Positions 51,561 to 64,000 of a DNA stretch of 64,000 bases are shown piece by piece (position 1 is the stretch's first letter; each line of letters begins with the position of its first letter). The notes under the pieces are model-generated. The model ran no database searches, was not told the origin of the DNA, and was given only the letters and a program-made list of their open reading frames with translations. The stretch comes from the human T2T-CHM13v2.0 reference genome, Homo sapiens: the NCBI RefSeq assembly GCF_009914755.1, contig NC_060938.1; one strand, 5' to 3'. The translations under genes were made by a program, and so were the position numbers.

Positions 51561-52677
51561 CCCTTTCCTCCCCTGTTGCAGAGCATGCTTGGGCTAGAAG
51601 GAAATGGGAGTTTCAGTCACTATTGATATTTGATTGCCCAATAGACACACACAGTTTTGATCATAGAAGAGGGGCTAGCTCAGCCTATCAATGGCTTCAG
51701 CTGTGGGAAGACAACTTTCCTCCTAAGTGTGGCCCCAGAGGATGTGGTGTTCAGGGCTCCTTAGTGGCCTGGCCTTTGGCTGGGAGTGGCTGTAGCTGTC
51801 TAAAGGGGCGGAGGGCTTTAGTGTGGACCTGTGGTTGGTGCACTCCCCTCCACCCCAAACAGGTTCAGAACCCTATAGGTGGAAGGAGGCTAAAGCGCAC
51901 CCATGCTCCAGCCGAAGGAGCTTGTCCATTTGAGGTGAATATGGCCACTGCCCCTGCGTCTTTGGCTCCAGGGATCCTGCCTCTGCCCTCTCATTTCACA
52001 GGATAGTGGTCCAAGGCTAAGAAGTAGCAGCTGAAGTGGAAGGCAATGTCTGCAGTTACACAGATGGCTGGCCCAGAGCTCGAGACATGCAGGAGATGTC
52101 AAAGAAAAAAAATAAAAATCGAATCCTCATTCTCAAGGCTATCGATAATTTAAAAGTTCATAAATATTGATCCCATAAAATCTGATTTTGGAATCACATG
52201 GATTCCAAAATAAACAAAATTGTATTTTAGATGTGAAGTTTATGTTTCTTTGACTTTACCACATCTTGTGAAAATGGATGTATAGATTTTTACCAATTTT
52301 GGAGGGTGTGATGAGGGTGACAGAAAATGTAGGCTCTGCCCTGGGAGAGAGCTTGAAGAGATAAGTAATCATTTGCCAGAGGGAATGAAACTGAAATCTA
52401 GTGACAGGTAGCTGTGCCTGGCAGGCAGGGAGGAGTGGCCCTCGAACTAAGAGGCTGGGCCAAGAAAACAAATGGCGGTGGATGAGCCCCACATTGGAAC
52501 GTGGTTGTTGATTTGCAACATGCTGCTTCCTGTAGAGCAACTCTGGGTAGTCAGCTGCAAAGTGAGGAAAACAGATTTATTCCTTTAACTATTCTGAAGA
52601 ATACAAACTAAACCAGTTAGTACACACAAATAGCCTGTAATGCTATAATGTCCATTATCTTTATTTAGTTTGTTTAA

Positions 52678-52945
52678 TTTCCTTCCTTCCTACCTTCCTT
52701 CCCTCCCTTCCTTCTTTCCTTCCTTTCTCTCTGTTTTTTCCTTTCTTTCTTTCTTTCTCTTTCTTTTCTTTCTTTCTTTTTCTTTCTTCTTTTCTTCCTT
52801 CCTTTCCCTCTCTTTCTTTTTCTTTCTTCTTTCTTTCCTTCCTTCCTTTCCCTCTCTTTCTTTCTTTTTTCTCCTTCCTTCCTTCCTTCCCTCCTTCTTT
52901 TTCTTTTCTTTTTTCTTTTCTTTCTGTAGAGCTGAAGGTCTTTTC
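52678..52945. repeat. Polypyrimidine (TTCC/TTTC)n tract, expanded Alu tail
   Basis: About 245 nt almost purely C/T. Confidence 0.95.
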
Positions 52946-53038
52946 TTTCTGTAGAGATGAGGGTCTTGCTATCCTCAGCAAGTGCTTGCGATCCCCCCAA
53001 AGTGCTGGGATTATAGGTGTGAGCCACTGCACCCAGCC
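52946..53038 (-). mobile_element. Internally deleted Alu left-arm fragment
   Basis: gtagagatgagggtcttgctat...cccaaagtgctgggattataggtgtgagccactgcacccagcc. Confidence 0.85.
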
Positions 53039-53139
53039 TAGTTTAACTTTTTAAAGGATGCTGTTGCTTGTCTAGACTATACATTTTGTAGCCTTTCTGT
53101 TACTAGTGTTTGAAACATAGTCTGCAGTGTGCCAAACAC

Positions 53140-53310
53140 TTCCCTTCAAATGCTTATCATAAGGATTCTTCTACAAGGAAGCTTCTGTTGCCCCCATTTC
53201 ACAGATGAGGCTCAAGGAAGTTGGGTAACTTGCCCCGCATCACCCAGCTAGTAAATGGCAGAGTTGGGGCATAAACTTGTGTGTGTTTATTCCAGAACCC
53301 AAATTCTTGA
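53140..53310 (-). mobile_element. MIR
   Basis: cccatttcacagatgagg...taacttgccc...cagctagtaaatggcagag. Confidence 0.8.
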
Positions 53311-54196
53311 CCAGAATGGGATGTTGCCTTTTCCTGTGGTTTCTTAAAACGCCATTCATTTACTACAAAGATATTCAGATGGTCAAAATTTGATTTTGTT
53401 GATACATAGTTACTTTAGTCAATCAAATTGCACGCTGAAAATGTATTTCTTTGTACCTATCAAAAAGTCTGGGTTTTGAAAATTCAAATGAAACATTTTT
53501 AAAGCTCTAAATTAGATTTTCACTGGTAAGCATGTTATCTGATCATGTTATTATTTGATGTTTGATAAATACTCACCGCTACTGTTTGGTGCTCAGTTGG
53601 ACAGTTAAAAGGTGGCTTGTTTCAGTCTTAATCTGAAATACATTAAGAAGGGTCACCCAAGCCCAGGCAGGCTTTGCTAAAGGTTTTTTGCATTGGTCAC
53701 AGTTTTGACTTATAGATCAACAATTAGTTGCAGATGTCGACAGTAATAAGGAGTGTAGAAAGGGTCAGGAGAACACTTCGTTCCCATTTGAGAGGAATTT
53801 AGAACTTAAAAAAATACTCTGTTAATTCTGAGCTGCCAACATATACACATTTATGCATGTATGTAACTCACTGGAAAAACAGTCAAATTTTTGAAAGTAG
53901 TAGACCATAGTTCTATGGACTTTAAAATGCAATTCAATAAAAACTCGGTTTTTAAAAGTAACCATTAATAAGAAGAATAACAAGAATCATTTTCACATTT
54001 CTTTCATCTCTGTAACTCAACAAACATGTAAGTTTCAAAAATTACAATAATGACTCATATAAAAATGTTAACAATAATAATGAGAAGCACACCATGTTCA
54101 GAGTAAAGTACTAAGTGCTCCATTTGTCTATTTTTGCGTTCATCATCACACTCACTCTCTGAGTGAGACTCTGTCATTTGCTCCACTTAGAAGTAA

Positions 54197-54649
<453 letters not shown>

Positions 54650-54814
54650 TGGAAAGACTGTATCAACTTCTAGGAGCCAAGGATTAAGAAAGGGCTGAGA
54701 TGCAGATACCAGACTTGATGGGAGGAAGGACGCAGTGAAGTCCAAGTAGCCCACTGTGAAAGGACAGGAGGGAAGGGTTGCTTCAGGAGCTCACTGACCT
54801 CCACAGGGCCATGA

Positions 54815-55218
<404 letters not shown>

Positions 55219-55224
55219 TCTAGA

Positions 55225-55536
55225 CCAGTGTTAATAACATTACAATTCTGCTATATCTGTAATTTACAATTTTCTAGTAGCTACTTTAATAAAGTAAAAA
55301 AAAAGGTAAAATTAATTTTGATGGTGTATTTTATTTAACCCAGAATATCCAAAATATTATAATCTCAGCATGTAATCAACATAAAAATTATCAATGGAAC
55401 AATAACATTCCATTTTTCATATGAAGTCTTTGAAATCTGATTAACATTTGACACAACACATCGAGTTTGGACAAACTACGTTTCAAGCGCTCAACAGCCA
55501 CATGTGATAAGTGGCTAGTGTCCTGGACAATGCAGG
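55225..55536. mobile_element. MER33-like hAT-Charlie element
   Basis: ttttctagtagc...atttaacccagaatatccaaaatatt...tttcaagcgctcaacagccacatgtg...ggacaatgcag. Confidence 0.8.
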
Positions 55537-55609
55537 TTTCACTGTGGTGAATACACAAGGTTCATCAATGAATCAATGAATACACAAGATGTAGACAGTG
55601 GGGAGACAG

Positions 55610-55822
55610 CTGGGCATAGTCTCAGTCCTGCTGCCATGCTGGGCTGAATAACTCTTTGTTGTCAGGGCCTGGCCTGTGCATTGTATGATGTTTAGCGATA
55701 TCCCTGGACTCTACCTACCAGATGCTAGTAGCACCCCTGGCCCTGCGTAATAACCAAAAATGTCTCTAGACATTGCCAAATGTCCCCCGAGGGGCAAGAA
55801 CAGCCTGTGTTGGGAACTACTG
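55610..55822. mobile_element. MER20
   Basis: cctgtgcattgtatgatgtttagc...accaaaaatgtctctagacattgccaaatgtcccc. Confidence 0.85.
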
Positions 55823-56699
55823 GTCTACAGCATGAAAAAGCTGTGTGTGGGAGGATACCTGGAACTGCCCAGAAAATGTCCTCTGAGTCATGCAATTTGA
55901 TGGAAGAAGGATAATTGAAGGAGAGTAATGAAAGGTTTGGTAGGAAAAGCTGAGGCCAGATCTCAGGCTAAAGCATTTGAAATATATTCCCTAGGCAATG
56001 ATAGCCATCAAAGAGTTTTGAGCAGCAGAATGAAATTAGCAAAGTTACAAATTAAAAACATTTTTTTCTTCCATCTTTGAATAACTAGATTCTTTCTCTT
56101 CTTTCTTTTACTGGCACAGATAGATTTTTTTCCCCCTTAAAGAAAAGCATCATTTAAAGAGCCAATGCCCCCACCCTGTGTCTGGTGGGTGGTTTTTATT
56201 AAATTCCAGTAGAGGGATGGGTTTCCTAAGCAATCAGCCAGCCCCTTGGTGAGCAGGCTCCCTGCCACTTAGCTGACATTCCACCCTGCAGGAGCTGAGG
56301 AGAGAGGAAAATCAACACTGAGCAGGCAGAATGACTGTAGCTTATGCTGTTGGAATTTCCAGTGGGGCCACCTGGTCACAGATGGGGCACAGGCACCAAA
56401 GCACGGAGGCGGAGGGAGCGTGACAACAGCCTCGGGGGCTGACAGTTGCTACATTGTTCTATTTGCTTAGTCCCTGACATCTAATGGCTAGGTTTCTAAT
56501 TCCAATAACAACAACCATAGTAATAAATTGGAATATGTGTAGGTCTTTACAGTTGGTTGTGTGATTTTATGTACATCATTGTGTTTAACAGTGAGCATCA
56601 GGACCCAACCTTGAAGGAGGTGCGTACATTGTAGATGCATATTTGGAGACTTGTTATTGGGGTGGGGGGTTATGGGGCTGTTTGTCCAGCTCTAGGGGA

Positions 56700-57148
56700 T
56701 ATTCTCCTTTTGCCCTATGGGATTCACTTTCTTTCTCCACCCTGTTCTGTGACCCCGAGGCTGACCTCTTTGGGCTGCAGCAGCTGGGCTCTCTTGCCTT
56801 CTGGTTTCCTGCTGGGTTTAGCCAAAGGGAGGCACAGTAGGAGATCAGAGGGGGGCGTTGAGTGAGTTTGGGGTATTTACTCCCCAAGCCCTCCCTGCTG
56901 GGTGGTGGGTTGGCAGGGGCTGCATCTCTACTGAAGACCACAGCTCCTACGATGACAAGTCTCACCAGATTCCTAAAACCAGTTTCTCTTCCTGTCCTTT
57001 CAGGCCTGGGGATGGGAAGGCCACAGTGCTGTCGTTAGCCCCAGGACACTTCCTCATTTCTCGTAGGTTTACCCACACATCCGTAAATCATCTATTCAAA
57101 AACTCTCTTCCAAGTGTGCCATCTGCTCCTGCCGGGACTTGACTGACA
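56700..57148. mobile_element. LTR33-like ERVL LTR
   Basis: ccttctggtttcctgctgggtttagccaaagggaggcac...gagatcagaggg...tcctgccgggacttgactgaca. Confidence 0.65.
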
Positions 57149-57951
57149 TTCCAGCTCAGGTTAGCTTCTACTTAGGAGAGGACACATCTTTGTCAACCAT
57201 CCCAACAAGCTATCAGGAAAATTCAAGCAAGGCTAGAATGAGTAGCTCGGCCTTCGAAGCCAATGTGTTGACCCCATTTTATAGCCAAAGAAAGGTAGGC
57301 ATGAAGATTTTCTGGCTATTCGTGGGCTACCAAGTACTTGGTATACAAGAATTTCAATCATGAACCCAAGAATCCATACACCCAGTTCTCATCCAGAGAG
57401 GAATGTATGTAATGCTTAATTCAGTGTTTTTCTTTCTGGAATTTCTAACAATAATAAAGGAAAAGGAACTCAGGGAAAGTGTCAGAGAAAATCACGTTGT
57501 TGTTTTCCCTTCCTTATGTGTAGGTGGTTTGAAAGAATCCAAATCCCAGCTTGAGCTACAATGTCTGAACCAGACCCGTCAGCTGTCAGCCAGCCAGCCC
57601 TGTAATTGAACATCAGCAGAGGGAAATGTGTGCTCTCAGCTCCTCTCTGCTCTCAGCCTGGTTCTGCACCATGGAGAATAGGCCTGGAAGTCACATCACC
57701 TGCACTTCCTCATGGAGTCTCACTGATTATAAAAAAGAACAAGCACCCCTCTGGGTTTTGTCTCAGCCAGTTTAACCAAAGGAAATGATTAATGCCGATT
57801 AGTCGAAAAAGGCTGTGTCTTTCTTAAGACCCTTCCCAGCTATTCATGAGCACACGTTTAGCTTGATAGCGTAAAGATTAGTAAGGGCCGTAACAGCAGA
57901 GATGTTACTGGCAGGTAAAGTACCTAAAAACTACATCAAAAGAGAAGAAAG

Positions 57952-58290
<339 letters not shown>

Positions 58291-58519
58291 CTAGGTGGAA
58301 GGAACTGAGCAGCCTAGACACTCAGCCTCTTAAGGCAAGTAGGGAGTGGGGTGTGGGTACATGCAGGATATTAGGGCTGTAGTCTTGGCCCACTGGGTGG
58401 CTTGGGGCCAGTTCCTTCAATATTATAATCTCAATTTCCCAGGAAGGGAGATGCAAGGATTTTAAACACTATTAAGTTGAATGCTCTCAACTCTGACTCC
58501 GTGGTAAAAAAAAATCCCC

Positions 58520-58862
58520 TGGACAGTTTCTGAAAGAGGTATGGGGTAGTGGAGCGGTGAGGGGGAGGCGGGGATGGTTAATGGGTTAAAAAAAAAAAAA
58601 AAGTTAAAATGAATAAGGCCTAGTATTTGATAGCACAACAGGGTGACAATAGTCAATAATAATCTAATTATACACTTAAAAATAACTATAATTGGATCAT
58701 TTGTACATAAAGGATAAATGCCTGAGGGGATGGATACCCTAATCCTCCATGATGTGATTATTACACATTGCATGCCTGTATCAAAACATCTTATGTACCC
58801 CCATAAATATATACAACTACTATGTACCCACAAAAATTAAAAACTAAAAATTAAATAAATAA
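58520..58862 (+). mobile_element. L1MA 3' end fragment
   Basis: gggatggttaatggg...tagtatttgatagcacaacagggtgac...ctatgtacccacaaaaattaaaaa; TSD-like aaaatccc. Confidence 0.88.
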
Positions 58863-60289
58863 AATCCCATAAGCTAGGCCACTGTTAACAAATAAAATAA
58901 TAATAAAAGAGATATGTGTGCTTTGCACCATACCAATTTGATTAGCATCGCGGGATATGAGATCCTGGCATTGGTTTACACAGCTTTGTTAGCAGATATG
59001 GTACCATCCTTAGACTGATAAACAGTGCCCTATACTGGGCCCCATGACTCATCCTTGCCCCACTCCCCAGCTTTACGTACCTTTCTCCAAGGAAGTCTTC
59101 TTTGGTGTCCAGGACCAGACAAGACCAGCAGGGATGTCCAAGTGGAGCGCTTGGCCCATGTTTCTCCTTTTTTTGGGATACCCTGACCCTGTGCCACTCC
59201 CTATTCTGGGTGTTGGGAGTCAACCAGATGCTCCAGGGAGCTGCAGAACTTGTGTTTATGGGGTTATCCTGGTTGGACTCCAGGTTTAGGAGTGTTCCTG
59301 CTGCCTGGCAAGGATTTTTTTCATGGGATTGTTCAACACTGGGCAGCTAGGATGGTGCTGACCTGCTGATTTGGGGTGACTCAGATATTTCTTATAGACA
59401 GAAGTTTTGCAAAAAATCTGTACCTAGTGTCCCACACAACCTAGGGGGCAGTCCTGAATGAATTATACCAATCTGTTGACAATGTTTATCTCTGTCTAGG
59501 TGAAAGGATTAGGGTTTTATTCTTTATATTTTTAAAATTTAATTGGGAGGAAAATGAGTTTATATGCTGGTAGAATTTCTTTTATAGATAAAAAGCGTTT
59601 TGGTCATCAAAACGCTGAGATGAGCCATTTTATGAGCAAAAATGATAGAAACTCCAAACTAGAGGGAGCTGGTATGACAATGGAAGCTAAGATTCTTTGC
59701 ATAGTAAAGTGAGAAGCTTGGATTTGCGAGTGGGAAGGAAGAGATGTGGGTATTTGAGGAAGGAGCACAGCAAGCCCAGGGCATCTAGAGGCCAGGGCTC
59801 TGGCACTGAGAATTCCTTGCTGGGGGCTGGAGGCCAGGGGCTGCTGTTGTCTGCTATTCCTCTGAAGCTTGTGGACTCTTGCTGTGTGAATGTGACCCCT
59901 CTACTGCCACAGCCTTCAGTAACGTCAGCTCCATATACAGCTTTGGATTGTGGTTATTTAGATCAGAAAGACATGGATGTGTTCAGAGTGAAGGAGATGC
60001 TTCATGGAGGGCAGGGGCACAGGCAGGCACCATGGATTCAGCTAGAATAGTAACTCGAAGCATGGCATGACAAAAAGAGTTGGGCAAACCCTCCCATGAT
60101 TACCTGGAGATACTGGGAAGGAAGGGTCCTGAATTTCTCACGTGAGGACTAGCCATTAAATATTTAAGGGCAAAACAATTCTAGGAAAAGGGATTGCTGA
60201 GAATTTCAGAGTGTGCCTTTTCCCCAAAAATGTCTAAAAATAACACATATTGTTTCTCTAAGAAGGAAAAAATTATTTTAAAAATTTGC

Positions 60290-60680
60290 TTGACAAAAAT
60301 TTGAAAATTTGAAAACATATTTCTTGGGAAGACTGTGGGGACATAGTAGTGCAAAATGCTACAACTTCCATGGAAGGGGCTTTGGCAAGATCGAGCAAAA
60401 ACATGTCTACATTTCCCTCTTGACCTAGCAGGCCTACTTTCAGGGATCTATTTCAAAATACACTGGAAAATATATGAAAAGTTGTATGCACAAAGCTAAT
60501 CACTGCAGCATCATCTGTAAAGCAAAGACTGGAATCCCCTGTATGTCCATCAATGGGAATGAGTTGAATAAACTATGGTACAGGCACACGATGGAGTACT
60601 CTGCAACTGAAGCAAATAATGGGGATTTGGGTATGATCTCAGAAGGTAAATATTGGTAAGTAAAAAACAAAAAGCAAAGT
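60290..60680 (+). mobile_element. Ancient L1M fragment
   Basis: atgtccatcaatggg...gaataaactatggtac...atggagtact. Confidence 0.6.
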
Positions 60681-60746
60681 GGGAAAAAAATATATATATA
60701 TATATATTTTGGACAGCCTGCCACTGTTTATCGAAGAATAGGAGTA

Positions 60747-61075
60747 CAGTCGGCCCTCCTTATCCATGGGTTTTGCATCCCTGCGTTCAAACAACCAAGG
60801 AACAAAAATATTCAGGAAAAAAACAAAAATGTTTGTTTGCATCTGTATGGAACATGTACAGAGTTTTTTCCCTTGTTATTATTCTGTAAACAACACAGTA
60901 TGACAACTATTTACATAGCATTTACATTGTCTTAGGTATTATAAGTAATCTAGAGATGATTTGAAGTACATAGGAGGATGTGCACAGGTTATACGCCATT
61001 TGATATTGGGGACTTGAGCATCCTCCAATGTTGGTATCTGTGGGGGTCCTGGAACCAAACTCTCTCATAGAACCA
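60747..61075. mobile_element. MER2 (TcMar-Tigger)
   Basis: ta|CAGTCGGCCCTCCTTATCCATGGG...ataagtaatctagagatgattt...ggtcctggaaccaa. Confidence 0.85.
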
Positions 61076-61164
61076 AACTCCCTACCATAGAACAATCATA
61101 CTATATATGTATACATATAAACACATATACCTATACATACAATACATGCTTATAGATTTTTTAA

Positions 61165-61509
<345 letters not shown>

Positions 61510-61679
61510 TAAAAAACAGTTGTCTATATAGGAAGGACAAGAATAGGATGGAAGAGACAGGGACAGAAGTTAAATTTGTGTACATTTGACTCTGGATCCA
61601 TGTGAATATTTTATATAACCATAAAACAAAATCATCTGCATTTATAATGCTTAAAACCATCACCATCACTTTTCAAACC

Positions 61680-62090
61680 CAACTTTGTCATTCACCAGCT
61701 GCTTGCTGTTGGGAAGTTATTTACATTTTCTAGATCCTAGTTTCTTTTTCTTTCAGATAATAATATTACCTCATAGTGTTGATGTGAGGATCAAATCAAA
61801 TAACATATCTCAGGCAATTAGCATGGTAGCCAATATAAAAAGGATTTAATAAACGGTGATGGTGGCTTTAGTTAACATACTATTTCATACTGTGTATTAT
61901 GCCAGACACTGTTCTAACCACCTTACAGATGCTAATTCAGCCCATTCTCAAATGACCCTATGAGGCTGGGGCTGATACTACCCTATCTTACAGATGAGAA
62001 ATGAGGAATGACAGGGCGTCTTGCCCAAAGTCTCTCAACTGAGCTGGAGTTGCGATTCAAACCCATAGTTGTTGATCTTACTGTTTTCGA
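61680..62090. mobile_element. Two tail-to-tail MIR fragments
   Basis: cctcatagtgttgatgtgaggatcaaat (+); ttacagatgagaaatgagg...cttgcccaaag (-). Confidence 0.65.
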
Positions 62091-62320
62091 CCCCACACAT
62101 TTTCTGAGTGGGGCTGTTCTCAGCCTGAACCTGTTACTCGTGTCAAAATTGTCCTGAATTGGATGGTGCTCTGAGGCTCTGTCCTTGCAATGTCCACAAG
62201 TAGGTGAAGATGAGGCCCATAAATTCACTTGCCCCACTTGTAGCCCTGGCAGTATAACTTCAGTCTCCTGAGATGAAAGTCGTAGGAACTTTTGAACACC
62301 ACTCCATTGGACAGTTATGA

Positions 62321-62752
<432 letters not shown>

Positions 62753-62887
62753 TCCTTTCACATTTATCAGGGCTCTGAGGGTCTGCAGATGTAGGGCAGG
62801 CATCCTGAAGACGTGCATCCCGTGGCAAACTGTCCAAAGGACATGGTTTTAATGTGGGTCCTGGTCTATCCACCCACCAGGACCTGA

Positions 62888-63258
<371 letters not shown>

Positions 63259-63536
63259 TGCTCTGCTCTTGATAAACACATGTCTCATAGTGCCACAGGT
63301 TGCTGCAATTGGAGGCCATGCCCTACTCTCCCAATTAGAATGTAAGCCTCTACAAGGTAGGAACTTTGCCTTTTAACTCCTTATATTCTTCCCAGCAGCA
63401 TTTTTCAAATATAGGCCCTGACCCAGTAGCAAATCATGAAATTAGTTTAGTAAGTGTCACCAACATTAAATTAAAATAATCAGAATGAAATAGAACAGAA
63501 AATTTCTGGTTGCAAAATATCTAGTGTTATTTAGTG

Positions 63537-63897
63537 CATGTATATTTCCCTCACCCCCAAATTCATAGTTTGAAGCCCTAACCCCCAGTGTAGCTCTATT
63601 TGGAGTAAGGAAGTAATTAAGATTAAATGAAGTAATAGGGGTGGATCTGATAGGATTAGTGTCATTCTAAGAAGAAACACCAGAGAGCATGCTCTCTCTC
63701 TTTCCCTCTTATATACACACATGTGAAGATAGTGAGAAGGTGGCCGTCTGCAAGCCAGAAGAGAGCCCTCACCAGAAGCCTACCCTGAAGGATCTGGGTC
63801 TTGGACTTCTAGCCTCCAGAACTGTGAGATAATACATTTCTGTTTAAGCCACCCAGTCTACGATATTTTGTTATGGCAGCCTGAGCAGACTAATGTG
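63537..63897 (+). mobile_element. MLT1A-type MaLR LTR
   Basis: caaattcatagtttgaagccctaacccc...ggacttctagcctccagaactgtgaga...gcagcctgagcagactaa. Confidence 0.85.
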
Positions 63898-63922
63898 CCT
63901 ACAGGAGAGTTGTTCAGTGAAA

Positions 63923-63931
63923 TGTGTGTGG

Positions 63932-63964
<33 letters not shown>
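63923..63964. repeat. (TG)n microsatellite
   Basis: Direct inspection. Confidence 0.95.
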
Positions 63965-63965
<1 letters not shown>

Positions 63966-64000
63966 ATATGAGAGAGAGCTGGGTTTTGGGTTTTGATATA

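Noticed and set aside
53330-54070. AT-rich unique-looking block, possibly an ancient transposon or conserved element
   Set aside because: Could not match it to any family or motif with confidence.

Overview
Primate (most likely human) repeat-rich genomic DNA. I could not recognise any intact host protein-coding exon. Main contents: (i) the 5' end of an L1PA element (minus strand, 1-1083) with an open, C-terminally extended ORF0 homologue; (ii) a complete two-LTR Harlequin/HERV-E-type mosaic provirus (LTR2 family, tRNA-Glu PBS, GAAG TSD; minus, 17061-24331); (iii) a complete deleted-type HERV-H provirus (LTR7, tRNA-His PBS, CTTAT TSD; minus, 35937-41852), which sits with a THE1 solo LTR and an Alu inside one split MIR; (iv) an internally deleted two-LTR THE1 element; (v) a decayed processed retrocopy of an unidentified small two-TM-protein mRNA (about 45153-45635, minus). 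The rest is solo LTRs (THE1, MER41A, MER31, MLT1, LTR33), DNA transposon fossils, Alus, MIR/L2 fragments and microsatellites. Family calls come from recalled consensus sequences, and boundaries without TSD support are approximate. I found no convincing wholly new biological system. The best leads are locus-specific: the extended ORF0, the open env-derived ORFs and env-integrase fusion in the Harlequin, the nested insertion site, and the orphan retrocopy.
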